DNA of 64,000 nt, taken from an uncultured bacterium. Its GTDB lineage: Bacteria; Krumholzibacteriota; Krumholzibacteriia; LZORAL124-64-63. The translations under genes were made by a program, and so were the position numbers. The notes under the pieces were generated by a model, which did not search any database, was not told the origin of the DNA, and was given only the letters and a program-made list of their open reading frames with translations. Of the stretch, positions 29,642-39,649 are shown piece by piece. Location: the NCBI GenBank assembly GCA_963732385.1, contig CAVSZB010000007.1:1472001-1536000 (forward strand), read 5' to 3'. Every line of letters starts with the position of its first letter. The stretch's first letter is position 1.

Positions 29642-30374
29642 CGACGTGCGTACGGCGCTCGCCGGGATCAGGGCCCGGCTCTCCACTACCACCCGCGTGG
29701 CGGCCCTCACCGGCGCCGGCATCTCGGCGGCCAGCGGCGTGCCGACCTTCCGCGGCGCGACCAGCCACCGCTGGGAAGACTACGAACCGGCGCAACTCGC
29801 CACACCGGAGGCGTTCGCCCGCGATCCCTTGCTGGTCTGGCGATGGTACGATTGGCGTCGCGGCCTGATCGCCAACGCCGCGCCCAATCCCGCCCATGAG
29901 GCGCTGGTGCGTCTGGAGACGTGGGTGCGCTCCGTGACCGTCATCACCCAGAACGTGGACGGCCTGCACACGCGCGCCGGCAGCTCGACCGTCATCGAGT
30001 TCCACGGCTCGATCTGGCGCACGCGCTGCCTGGACTGCGGCGACGAGCGCGAGGACCGCCGCGCACCGCTGCCGCAACTGCCGCCGTCCTGCCGCGCCTG
30101 CGGCGGGCGCCTGCGGCCCGGTGTAGTCTGGTTCGGGGAGACGATCCCCACGGGCGCGACCGCGGACGCGGAGGCGGCCACGCGTGCAAGCGATCTGTTC
30201 CTGGTGGTGGGGACGTCGGGCGCGGTGTGGCCTGCGGCCGGTTTGGCGCGCCTGGCGCGGGAATCAGACGCGCAGGTGATCGAGTTCAACCTCGAGCGGG
30301 GAGGCGTGAGCGACGAGGCCCAGCTCTTCATCGCGGGCGACGCCGCCGCGACCCTGCCCATGCTCGTCCCCTGA
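29634..30374 (+). CDS. cobB: NAD-dependent protein deacylase (sirtuin class III)
   Basis: 'TGAGISAASGVPTFRG', 'WYDWRR', 'TQNVDGLH', 'HGS', CxxC...CxxC, 'RPGVVWFGE', 'GTSG'. Confidence 0.92.
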   Translation: MTDDVRTALAGIRARLSTTTRVAALTGAGISAASGVPTFRGATSHRWEDYEPAQLATPEAFARDPLLVWRWYDWRRGLIANAAPNPAHEALVRLETWVRSVTVITQNVDGLHTRAGSSTVIEFHGSIWRTRCLDCGDEREDRRAPLPQLPPSCRACGGRLRPGVVWFGETIPTGATADAEAATRASDLFLVVGTSGAVWPAAGLARLARESDAQVIEFNLERGGVSDEAQLFIAGDAAATLPMLVP

Positions 30375-32540
30375 TCCGCGCCCGATATCCACGGCCGGCA
30401 CGATGAGGTAGAAGAAGTTGCCCTCGCCCGCCACGCTTTCCACGTGGATCCGGCCGCCGTGGTTCTCCACGATGGCCTGCACGATCGGCAGGCTGAGGCC
30501 CGAGCCCTTCTGGTGGTGCTCGATGCGACCCACCAGTTCGAACTTCGTGAACAGCGCCTCGCGCTTGTCGAGGGGAATGTGCGAGCCGGTGTTGAAAATC
30601 TCCACGGCCCGCCAGGTCACGCTCTGATCGCACCTGGACACCAGCGCCGGCTGGTCGCGGAATTCCTGACGCGCCCGTTCGTCCAGCACCTCGGCGACCG
30701 GGCCGAACCCGGGAATCACCGTCACCTCGCGGATGCGCACGCGCCCACCGTCCACGTTGTGCTGCACCGCGTTGCGCAGCAGCTTCTCGACCGCCACGAC
30801 GAGCATCTCGCGATCGCACAACGGCCCCCAGGAGAACGTGTCTGCCAGCTCGTTCTCCACCGTCAGCGACCTGGCCGCGATCCTCTCCTGCAGACTGCTC
30901 AGGACCATGCCGCAGATTTCGGCGATGGCGACCGGCTCGAGGTGGACGCGCATGTCAGCCGATTGGAGCGACGCCATCAGGATGGCGTCGTTCATGAACT
31001 CGCTGAGGCGTCGCCCGCTGCTCTCGACGATCTCGACGATCTCTGTCACGCCCAGCTTCGCGAGTTCCTGGCCCTGCTCCGTCTCCTCGCCCGGCAGCAC
31101 AACGCGAAGATAGTCGATGCCGCCGATGATCGAGGTCAGCGGCGTGCGCACCTCGTGCGAGATCAGGGCCAGGAAATCATCCTTGGCCTTGTCCAGCCGC
31201 TGCATCTTGTCGAGGGCGACGCGCAGGTTCCGCGTCTTGTCGTTCACCAGCCGATGCGCGTCGGCGAGGTCGCCGGTCATCTGATTGAAGTAGCTGATGA
31301 GCCGCCCCATCTCGTCCTCCGTGCCGACCCCCATGCGCCGCGCGAAGTCGCCTTTGGCCACCTCCTCCATGTTGATGGACATCGCCTGAAGCCGGATCGA
31401 GAGGCGCTCGCCGACCGCGGTGATGGCAAGGATCGAGCCGAGCAGGGCGATCATCACCATCAGGGCGATGATGGCCGTGTAGAGAGCGAAACCGCCGTTG
31501 ATGTTCGATGTCTCGAGGGCCGAGAGCAGGCCGAACGGCAGCTCCGGCCGCCGCGCCAGCAGGAAAGTATGCGGGTTGAGCCGTGAGCCCATGGCGGCCT
31601 GGACAATTCCGTCGGTGACCTCGCGGTGGAGCAGGGCCGTGAGATCCTCGCCTCTGACGCGGCGGAAAATGCCCGGTCCGGGAGCCGTGAGGTCGAGTCC
31701 GGCGGCCAGCGTATCGACGTTGGCGCAAAGCAGGCGGCCCCGTTCGTCGACCGCGGCCTGGAACTCTCCCGGCTGCAGTTCCCCGGAGGGCCCTTCGGCA
31801 AACCAGTCGCCCAGCAGCGAGGGGATGTCCAGCATCAGCACGACGTGCATGCGGGCCCGTCCGGCGTGCGAGGCTTCGCCCCAGTCGTCCGGCACGAGCG
31901 CCCCCTCGAACACGACGGTCGGCAACACCATGTCGGCGCCTTCGGCGCCGTCGGCGCCGCGGGCAAGCAGCAGCGGATCGAAGATCCAAAGGCTGTGCGC
32001 GCGATCGATGTCCACCGTACGCGGCCCGCCCGACCAGCCCGTGCCGGCCCACAGGTCGCTCCAGCCGGCCGCAGCGAGGCCGGACCAGGCATTGCTGATC
32101 CAGGCCTTCAGCGAGTCTGAGTTGGCCGAGACCGCCAGATCCGTGTCGAAGGCCGCGGCGACAAACGCCGCGCGGCCGTCGGCCCCCACGCTGACGATCG
32201 CCGCGCCCCGCACCGCCTCGCGGCACAGCATCCCGTTGAGGAACCGTTCCGCCGTGCCGCGATGCGTGCCGGGCACCGCCTCGCGCATCAGCGGCATGAG
32301 TCGATCGTCGCGCTGCACCTCGGCGAGCAGCGCCTGCACGCTGATCCGCTCCACCACCCGCCGGAGGGCATTGATGTTCTCGAGGCTCTCCTGCTGCTGG
32401 TAGGTGCGCTCGGCGCGACTGGTGAGCAGGCGGCCGCTGAAGGCGCCCACCGCCAGCACAGACACCGCCACGACCGGCAATATCCTAAGATATAGCTGGT
32501 GTTTGATGCGGAAATTGAACCGGTTCCAGAAACTGGTCAC
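30264..32540 (-). CDS. Membrane sensor histidine kinase (HAMP-HisKA-HATPase), orphan
   Basis: Two TM helices around a large extracytoplasmic domain; 'DEMGRL...FNQM', 'SHEVRTP', N box 'LLRNA', G2 'GSGLSLPIV'. Confidence 0.85.
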   Translation of the reverse strand: MTSFWNRFNFRIKHQLYLRILPVVAVSVLAVGAFSGRLLTSRAERTYQQQESLENINALRRVVERISVQALLAEVQRDDRLMPLMREAVPGTHRGTAERFLNGMLCREAVRGAAIVSVGADGRAAFVAAAFDTDLAVSANSDSLKAWISNAWSGLAAAGWSDLWAGTGWSGGPRTVDIDRAHSLWIFDPLLLARGADGAEGADMVLPTVVFEGALVPDDWGEASHAGRARMHVVLMLDIPSLLGDWFAEGPSGELQPGEFQAAVDERGRLLCANVDTLAAGLDLTAPGPGIFRRVRGEDLTALLHREVTDGIVQAAMGSRLNPHTFLLARRPELPFGLLSALETSNINGGFALYTAIIALMVMIALLGSILAITAVGERLSIRLQAMSINMEEVAKGDFARRMGVGTEDEMGRLISYFNQMTGDLADAHRLVNDKTRNLRVALDKMQRLDKAKDDFLALISHEVRTPLTSIIGGIDYLRVVLPGEETEQGQELAKLGVTEIVEIVESSGRRLSEFMNDAILMASLQSADMRVHLEPVAIAEICGMVLSSLQERIAARSLTVENELADTFSWGPLCDREMLVVAVEKLLRNAVQHNVDGGRVRIREVTVIPGFGPVAEVLDERARQEFRDQPALVSRCDQSVTWRAVEIFNTGSHIPLDKREALFTKFELVGRIEHHQKGSGLSLPIVQAIVENHGGRIHVESVAGEGNFFYLIVPAVDIGRGSGDEHGQGRGGVARDEELGLVAHASPLEVELDHLRV

Positions 32541-32714
32541 GCCAGCCTTTCCCGGAGACCCTCAAGGCAGTCCAACACCTGCCGTCATGTACGGTTATGA
32601 GTATCGTCGGGCCGGCCGGCTGTTTTAACGGAATCTCAGAATACCGCTCGTCGGCCGGACGCCGGGGCGGTATGCTGATTCAGCCGTCAACCCGTTGCCG
32701 ACAAAGGACATCCC

Positions 32715-33986
32715 ATGCCGGGACCGGTCGTCCTGCTCGTGAACAAGTTTTTCCACGCCGTCGGTCCGGCCGGCGGGGTCGGGCGCTATGTCCTTCAGGA
32801 GGCGGACGATCTCGCGGCAGCCGGCTGGGAGCCGATCCCGTTCGCCATGGCCGACACCGACGCCCGCCCCTCGCCCTGGTCACCCTGGTTCGTGCGCGCG
32901 CGCGACTACCGCTCGCCCCGCTGGTCGCCCCACGCACCCGCCGACGCGCTCGCTTTCCTCTGGAACCGCGAGGCGGCGCGCAACCTCGACCGGCTGCTGC
33001 GCCTGACGCGTCCCCGGATCGCGCATCTGCACAACATCTACCACCACCTCAGCCCCTCCATCCTGCCGGTGCTGGCGCGCCACGGCGTGCCGGCCGTGAT
33101 GACGCTGCACGATCTGCGCCTGCTCTGCCCGGCGATCCACATGCTGAGGCGGGGCGAGGTGTGCGAGCGCTGCCGGGGCGGCCGCTTCTACGAGGCGGTG
33201 CGCGGGGCGTGCGTGAAGGACTCCCGCGCGGCGTCGCTGCTGGCGGCCGTGGAGACGGCCCACCAGACGGTGCGCCGACTCTATCCGCGGCTCGTGCGCC
33301 GCTTCCTCTGCCCGAGCCGCTTCTACCTGGAGAAGTACGCGGCATGGGGCTATCCGCGCGAGCGCCTCGTGCACCTGCCGAATTTCGTCGACCTGGAGGA
33401 CTGGCGACCGTCGTCGGGGCCGGTCGACGCCGCCTATCTCTATTTCGGGCGGATCAGCGCGGAAAAGGGGCTCGGCACCCTGCTCGCGGCACAGGCCCTC
33501 TGGGAGGCCGAAAACGACGGGGCAGGCGCGCTCACGCTGCGCATCGCCGGCGAAGGCCCGTGGGCCGACGATCTGCGCCGCCGCGCCGCCGACCTGCGTC
33601 TGCGGCGGGTGGAGATCCTCGGCCCGCTCGACGGGGCGGCGCTGCGCAACGCCGTGGCGCGGGTCCGGTTCACCGTGCTGCCGTCACAGTGGTACGAGAA
33701 TTCCCCCTTCTCGATCTTCGAGTCGATGGCGGCGGGGCGACCGGTGGCGGGGGCGGACATCGGCGGGATTCCGGAGCTGATCGACAACGGCCGCGATGGC
33801 GTGCTGTTCCCCCCGCGTGATCCGGAGGCGATCCTCGCGGCGCTCAAACGCGCGGCCGCCCTCGGCCCGGCGGCCGGGGCGGCCGCGCGCGCGAAGGCGG
33901 AGCGGCTCTGGTCGCGGCCGGCGCACATGGCACGGCTGCGGGAGATCCTGGGCGAAGTCGCCGCGGCGGACGGCCCGCCCGCCTGA
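32715..33986 (+). CDS. Glycosyltransferase family 4
   Basis: 'HLHNIYHHLSPS', 'GRISAEKG', 'PSQWYENSPFSIFES', 'GGIPELI'. Confidence 0.9.
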   Translation: MPGPVVLLVNKFFHAVGPAGGVGRYVLQEADDLAAAGWEPIPFAMADTDARPSPWSPWFVRARDYRSPRWSPHAPADALAFLWNREAARNLDRLLRLTRPRIAHLHNIYHHLSPSILPVLARHGVPAVMTLHDLRLLCPAIHMLRRGEVCERCRGGRFYEAVRGACVKDSRAASLLAAVETAHQTVRRLYPRLVRRFLCPSRFYLEKYAAWGYPRERLVHLPNFVDLEDWRPSSGPVDAAYLYFGRISAEKGLGTLLAAQALWEAENDGAGALTLRIAGEGPWADDLRRRAADLRLRRVEILGPLDGAALRNAVARVRFTVLPSQWYENSPFSIFESMAAGRPVAGADIGGIPELIDNGRDGVLFPPRDPEAILAALKRAAALGPAAGAAARAKAERLWSRPAHMARLREILGEVAAADGPPA

Positions 33987-33992
33987 GGCCGG

Positions 33993-36900
33993 CTACTCCA
34001 GCCGGATCGGCACCTCCAGCACCAGGCGTCCGTCGCGATCACCCGGCACCTTGTCGACGAGATTGCGATCGAGGAACTTCACGGTGCCGAAGGGACGCAG
34101 ACCGACGGGCGGCTCGGGCCACGAGCTGGGGAACGTCACCGCCAGCGTGGTGGGCACGCCGCTGTAGAGCGCGAATTCGGCGGCCTCGCCCCGCTTAACC
34201 CCGCCCCGCAGGGGATCGGCCAGCAGGTACTCCTCCTCGATACGGAAGCCCCACTTCTCCCGATCGCGGGCCAGCGCGAAGCCCCCCACGACCTCGAGCT
34301 TGTACGCCCCCTTCTCCACGCCCGCGGGCAGGCTCCACTCCACCCGCGCATCGAGACCGAAGAAGGCGTCCGCCAGCACGCGCTCACCCTTGTCGTCGAC
34401 GATGTTCACCGCGCAGTCGGTGAACAGGTTGGCGGTCCGCTCGTCCATCGTGAGGTGGAAGGCCGCGCGCGGCGTTTCGCGGGTGAGCGTGAAGTCGAAC
34501 GACCAGATGTCGTCCGCCTCGATGGAAATCTCCCGTTCTCGCCGGAACCCCTGCACGACCGCCTCGGCGGCGCCACGGAACAGGCCGGGGAAGGCACGGG
34601 TGACCTTGAGTTCACCCTGTGCCGGCTGGCCGACGGCGACGCGCGGCAGGGCGGTGAGCACCGGCGGTTCGCAGACGTAGGCATCGAACGAGACGGTGAG
34701 CCGGTAGGCCGACGGCTCGAGGGCCGCAATGGGCGCGGCGCAGAGCACCTCCCACACGCCGGGACGCAGCTCGGGCGTCAGAATGGTCTGGTCGCGCACG
34801 GAGACCCCCTCCACGCTGGCCACGCCGGCGAAACCGCCGCGCGTCTGGCCTTCCGGATCGCAGATCTCAGTCGAGACGCGCGCCCCCTTCCCGGCGCCGG
34901 TGCGTTCGCTCACCTCGAGCCGCAGGCGCAGGGCGGAGGCGCCGGCCGGCGCCTCCACGAAGCGGCGGTGCACCCCCGACGGCGGCAGGTCGCGCCCCTC
35001 CCAGGTGCGGCTCCAGCCGTCGGCCGGCCCGAACGGTTCGCCCGTCACGACGCTGTTCCAGAGCGTGAATTCCTGCGCGGCCGGACCGGACAGATCGCCG
35101 CCGTCCTGCAGGGCAAGCACGCGAGTGGCGTACAGCCCCGGCCGGGTGAGCTGCGCACCGTCGTATTGCAGGTTGACAGTCATGCCCATGTCCCCGCGCA
35201 GATATGCGCGACCGGTAACGACGCGCACCCACCCCGCCTCCGACCGGAACGTGAACGCGCGGAAGAACGTGTCTTTCTGGTCCGGCGTGAGGTCGGGATG
35301 GAAAATCGGGTGGACGGTGAAAGTGACCGTCTTCGGCGCCACCGGCGCGCCTCCCGGCACGCGCCAGTAGGCGGCCGGCGCGAGTCCGTCGGCCTGGAAC
35401 GGGCATTCCGTTTCGAGACGGTAGTCGAGCACCTGGCCGGCGGTGCGGCTGCGGGCCAGCCGCGACAGGATCTCCCAGGCCCCCGCCACATCGACCAGGC
35501 CGCCACCCTGCGCCAGCAGTTCCAGGCCGGGCACCGGCCGGGCGCCCGCGATCAAGGCCCGCTTGATCATCCCCCAGTGCACGGTCAGCCCCTCCTGCCG
35601 CGCCGCGCCGAGCAGGCAGGCGACCGCGCCGGCGGTGGTGGGACAGGCCATCGAGGTACCGCTCATGCGGCCCGAGCCGTCCACCCAGCCCGGCACCGTG
35701 GAGAGCGCCGCGCCGGGAGCCACGACGTCCGGCTTGGGCACTTCGCCACCGCGGCTGGAGAACCCGAACAGCTGGGCCCGCGGCATCCGGGCGCTGTACA
35801 GCGCCGCCCCCGCCGACGGCGACAGGTAGGCGCCGGAAGCGATCACGCCAGGCGAGGCGGCGGGCAGCCCGACAGTCGACAGGCCGGGGCCCTCGTTGCC
35901 GGCGCTGGTGCAGTACACCACGTCGGGATGCTTCGGCATCTCCTCGTCGAGGAATTTCTCGTACGCGCTGTCGCCCTCCTCGACCGAGTTCACGCCGTAG
36001 CTCATGCTGATCACGAGGGGCAGACCGTAGTCCCGCGCGAAATCGGTCGCGTGCGTGAACGCCCGCCGCATCGACTCCGTGCGCGAGGCGCCGCCCACCA
36101 GCGTGTTGTCGCCGATCTTGCACGACATCACCCAGGCGCCGGGCGCCACGCCGTCCATCCCCTCCTGCCCGCCGACCCGACTGCCGGCCGCGATGCCGGC
36201 GCAGTGCGAGCCGTGCGCGCCATCGTCGAAGTGCAGCTCGAGCCGCGGCGGGCGCGGCGTGCCGAGCCGGTCATCCTGCGTAACGACGTTCGCGCTCCAC
36301 GCCATGAGCGTGCGTGCCTTCGGCGCGTCCGGCGCGGTCAGACGAAACGTGTCGAGGTTGATGTGGTAGTCCCGAACCACCGTCTCGTCGGCGAGACTGC
36401 CGTCGCCGTCCGTGTCGACGACCACGAGCCAAACCCGGGCGCTGGCCCGCTCCCGCGCCACCGTGCGGCGGGCGGTCTCGTTCAGGGCGGCGAGCCGCTC
36501 CAGACCGCGGCCCGTGCCCAGCGCCGCCTCGACCGCGGCGCGGTCGGCGGCCCAGACGAGCACGCCGAAACGGTCCTCCTTGTCGCCGTCGTCGTTGAGA
36601 TCGCTCACTCCGTTGCTGTTCAGGAAGCGTGACTCGGGAATGACCCCGATGTAGACCCGGTCGTCACGGCCGGGCGCCGGCGCCGACGCCGGCAGGCCGG
36701 CCAGCCGCAGTCCGTCGGGAAGGCGGAACGCAGGCGCGCCGGTAGTGTCGCGCTCCGCCTCCACCAGATCCCAGTCACCCTGGGTCGAGAAGTCCCGCGC
36801 CTCGATCACCTTCATCTCGCCGGTGGACGTCGCGTCAAGGCCGGGGGCGAAAGCGTCCACCCCGGTGTCGAAGACCGCCACCACGACCCCCCGGCCATCC

Positions 36901-37043
36901 CAGGTCGGGTGCGCCTGCCGGAAGGCGTACGCACCGATGTCATCGTTCGGGAGAAACGGCCACGGGGAACCGTCACCGGCCGGAGCGGCTCCCGCCAGGG
37001 TCGACAGACCGAGACAGAGGGCGCCGAGGATGAGGGATCGCAT
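33993..37043 (-). CDS. Secreted S8 peptidase, tripeptidyl-peptidase II-like
   Basis: ATG after GGAGG; signal peptide; 'DGRGVVVAVFDTGVD', 'HGSHCAGIAAG', 'KIGD', 'SAGNEGP', 'GTSMACP'. Confidence 0.85.
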   Translation of the reverse strand: MRSLILGALCLGLSTLAGAAPAGDGSPWPFLPNDDIGAYAFRQAHPTWDGRGVVVAVFDTGVDAFAPGLDATSTGEMKVIEARDFSTQGDWDLVEAERDTTGAPAFRLPDGLRLAGLPASAPAPGRDDRVYIGVIPESRFLNSNGVSDLNDDGDKEDRFGVLVWAADRAAVEAALGTGRGLERLAALNETARRTVARERASARVWLVVVDTDGDGSLADETVVRDYHINLDTFRLTAPDAPKARTLMAWSANVVTQDDRLGTPRPPRLELHFDDGAHGSHCAGIAAGSRVGGQEGMDGVAPGAWVMSCKIGDNTLVGGASRTESMRRAFTHATDFARDYGLPLVISMSYGVNSVEEGDSAYEKFLDEEMPKHPDVVYCTSAGNEGPGLSTVGLPAASPGVIASGAYLSPSAGAALYSARMPRAQLFGFSSRGGEVPKPDVVAPGAALSTVPGWVDGSGRMSGTSMACPTTAGAVACLLGAARQEGLTVHWGMIKRALIAGARPVPGLELLAQGGGLVDVAGAWEILSRLARSRTAGQVLDYRLETECPFQADGLAPAAYWRVPGGAPVAPKTVTFTVHPIFHPDLTPDQKDTFFRAFTFRSEAGWVRVVTGRAYLRGDMGMTVNLQYDGAQLTRPGLYATRVLALQDGGDLSGPAAQEFTLWNSVVTGEPFGPADGWSRTWEGRDLPPSGVHRRFVEAPAGASALRLRLEVSERTGAGKGARVSTEICDPEGQTRGGFAGVASVEGVSVRDQTILTPELRPGVWEVLCAAPIAALEPSAYRLTVSFDAYVCEPPVLTALPRVAVGQPAQGELKVTRAFPGLFRGAAEAVVQGFRREREISIEADDIWSFDFTLTRETPRAAFHLTMDERTANLFTDCAVNIVDDKGERVLADAFFGLDARVEWSLPAGVEKGAYKLEVVGGFALARDREKWGFRIEEEYLLADPLRGGVKRGEAAEFALYSGVPTTLAVTFPSSWPEPPVGLRPFGTVKFLDRNLVDKVPGDRDGRLVLEVPIRLE

Positions 37044-37103
37044 GGGAACCTCCAACACGGGAACGGGTTGGGAACGCGGTTGGCTTGTCGGGAGCGAGGA
37101 TCT

Positions 37104-37132
37104 ATTATAGAGGGTGCGCCCGGCGTCAACAA
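37104..37132 (-). promoter_or_regulatory. Candidate sigma70 promoter for the TPP II-like gene
   Basis: Minus strand TTGTTG-N17-TATAAT, about 60 nt upstream of the start codon. Confidence 0.5.
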
Positions 37133-37178
37133 GCCGATCCGCGCTTGCCACCGCCCCCCCGGAGAGAGAGGATCCTAC

Positions 37179-38366
37179 ATGGCCGACGTCAGCAAAATGC
37201 GCCTCGATACGCAGATCATCCATGCCGGACAACACGTCGATCCCCAGACCGGTGCGGTCAGCACCCCAATCTACCAGACCTCCACCTTCGCCTTCCGCGA
37301 CACCGAGGAGGGGGCCGCCCGCTTCAGCGGACGCGACCCGGGCTACAAATACACACGGCTGGGAAATCCCACGATCGCCGCTCTCGAGGAGGCCGTGGCG
37401 CTGCTGGAAGGCGGCTGCGGCGCGCTCGGCGCGGCGACCGGCATGGCGGCGGTCAACACCGTCTACCTGACCCTGCTGGGCCAGGGGGCGCACGTGGTGG
37501 CGACCGACTCGCTCTACGGACCGTCACGCATGATCCTCGAGACCGAGTACGCGCGTTACGGCGTAAAAGCAACCTTCGTCGACTCCGCCGATCCGGCCAA
37601 CGTCCGCGCCGCCATGCGGCCGGAAACGAAGCTGGTCTACATCGAGACGCCGGCCAACCCGACGCTCAAGTTGACCGACATCGCCGCCTGCGCCGAAATC
37701 GCGCACGCCGGCGGCGCGCTGCTCGGCGTCGACAACACGTTCGCCACGCCGCTGCTGCAGCGACCGTTCGATCTGGGCGCCGATGTCGTCCTGCACAGCA
37801 TGACCAAGTTCCTCAACGGGCACAGCGACGTCGTGGCCGGCATCGTCCTTGCGCGCGACCCCGAACTGTTCGCGCGACTGCGCAAGGTGCATGTCAATCT
37901 CGGTGGCACCATGGATCCCCATCAGGCGTGGCTCGTTTTCCGCGGACTCAAAACGCTGGGCCTGCGGGTCGGGCGCGCCCAGGCCAACACGCTCGTGCTG
38001 GCCCGACACCTCGAGCAGCACCCCAAGGTGGCCTGGGTCCGCTATCCCGGTCTGGAGAGCCACCCGCAGCACGATCTTATGCGGCGGCAGATGCGCGGCG
38101 GCGGCGCGGTCTTCTCTTTCGGCGTGAAGGGGGGCCTCGAGGCCGGCAGGACGTTCATCAACGGCATGAAGATCGCCACCCTCGCGGTGAGCCTGGGCGG
38201 CATCGAGACGCTGATCGAGCACCCCGCCTCGATGACCCACGCCGGCGTGCCGCTGGCCGATCGCGCTGCGGCCGGCATCACCGACGATCTCGTCCGCCTG
38301 GCGGTCGGCTGCGAGGATGCGGCGGACCTGGTGGCCGACCTCGACCAGGCGCTCGCACGGGTGTAG
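37179..38366 (+). CDS. PLP-dependent trans-sulfuration enzyme (methionine/cystathionine gamma-lyase family)
   Basis: 'PIYQTSTF', 'YTRLGNPT', 'ETPANP', 'DNTFATP', 'SMTKFLNGHSD', 'AVSLGG', 'HPASMTH'. Confidence 0.92.
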   Translation: MADVSKMRLDTQIIHAGQHVDPQTGAVSTPIYQTSTFAFRDTEEGAARFSGRDPGYKYTRLGNPTIAALEEAVALLEGGCGALGAATGMAAVNTVYLTLLGQGAHVVATDSLYGPSRMILETEYARYGVKATFVDSADPANVRAAMRPETKLVYIETPANPTLKLTDIAACAEIAHAGGALLGVDNTFATPLLQRPFDLGADVVLHSMTKFLNGHSDVVAGIVLARDPELFARLRKVHVNLGGTMDPHQAWLVFRGLKTLGLRVGRAQANTLVLARHLEQHPKVAWVRYPGLESHPQHDLMRRQMRGGGAVFSFGVKGGLEAGRTFINGMKIATLAVSLGGIETLIEHPASMTHAGVPLADRAAAGITDDLVRLAVGCEDAADLVADLDQALARV

Positions 38367-38371
38367 GCGTC

Positions 38372-39625
38372 ATGCACAAGCACTGGGTGGAGGCCGAGCA
38401 TCTGCGGGACCCCCGGGGCGGCGCGGACTTTCGGGCGGTGGACACCACCGCCCACCCCCTGCTCGACCCGGCGTTCCTGGAACGTCCGTCGCGTCTGCGA
38501 CGCTTCCTGCGCGGTTTCTACGAGCGCATCCGCCAGGACGACGATGCCTACCGCCGGGCCGTCGCGGCGCAGATCCACCCGCCCGGCGCGCCGTCGGACT
38601 GGGCATCCGACAGCCTGCGTCTGGCCGAGATCCTGCAGGAGGCGGACGCTTACATCCGCGAGATCGTGAACCTGCTGCCGAGCACGGCCGAGGCCCACGC
38701 ACGGCCAGCCGACTGCGTCACCGCGTGCGACGACCTGCGCGACCTGATCACGCTCGTGGTTACCCATCCTGACCGGCGCGTCCGGTTTGAGGCCCGGCGC
38801 AAGCTCTACCTCATGCGGCTGTTCCTGCAGGTCGACCAGTCGCGCCACATCCAGGACGGCCCCCGGCACAAGGCCTTCTTCGAGGAGTTGCTGCAGCAGG
38901 GGTTGTGGCGCCACGCCCGGCAGGTGCACGAGGTCGAGATCGGCTACAACATCGACGCCACCGGCCAGGCGATCGAATACAGCGTACGCCCCTCCGAAGG
39001 CCAGCAGACCTGGACCTTCCACTCGATCTTCCTCGAGCGAGACGGCATCCCGATCGACATCCTTTACCACGCCTGCCGCTTCAAGCGCACCGTGGACCCG
39101 GTCACCTACGAGATCGTCGACGGCCGCCGCCGCGTCCTCGAACGCAAGCGCTGGGGAGAGATGCGCCGGCAGAGCAGCGGCTCGATCGTTTCGAAAATGA
39201 TCCGCAAGGGGATCAACAACCCCGACGAGATCACCGACCTCATCGGCGCCATGTTCATCGTGCACGACGACAACGCCCTCGACGACCTGCTCCGCCTGCT
39301 CGACGGCATCCTCGGCACGACGATCACCTGGCGGAATGTGGTGGACACGCTCGGCGGCGCCGCCGACAGCGCGCGGCTGAACATCCACTCCGGCCGCGGT
39401 TACCGGGTCTTCAAGGGGGACGTGGACATCCTCTACCCGGACCCGGTCCCCTACCGGTTCCCGGTCGAGATCCAGATCTACACGCTGGAGGGTTTCCTGC
39501 GCACGGTGTGCGGGGCCCACGACGCGAACCACCTGGCGCTCAAGCTGCGGCAGTTCCTCTACGGCCTGGTGCCGCGGCTCTTCCCGCAGGCGATCTACGG
39601 CGGGGACTGGCTGAAAATCGACTGA
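38372..39625 (+). CDS. Hypothetical protein with C-terminal RelA/SpoT-like nucleotidyltransferase domain (TIGR04552-like)
   Basis: 'SIVSKMIRK', 'DLIGAMFIV', 'GYR', 'PVEIQIYT', 'ANHLALK' match the spacing of RelA/SpoT synthetase motifs. Confidence 0.55.
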   Translation: MHKHWVEAEHLRDPRGGADFRAVDTTAHPLLDPAFLERPSRLRRFLRGFYERIRQDDDAYRRAVAAQIHPPGAPSDWASDSLRLAEILQEADAYIREIVNLLPSTAEAHARPADCVTACDDLRDLITLVVTHPDRRVRFEARRKLYLMRLFLQVDQSRHIQDGPRHKAFFEELLQQGLWRHARQVHEVEIGYNIDATGQAIEYSVRPSEGQQTWTFHSIFLERDGIPIDILYHACRFKRTVDPVTYEIVDGRRRVLERKRWGEMRRQSSGSIVSKMIRKGINNPDEITDLIGAMFIVHDDNALDDLLRLLDGILGTTITWRNVVDTLGGAADSARLNIHSGRGYRVFKGDVDILYPDPVPYRFPVEIQIYTLEGFLRTVCGAHDANHLALKLRQFLYGLVPRLFPQAIYGGDWLKID

Positions 39626-39649
39626 AACAAGCGGGGTTATGGCTGCGGA

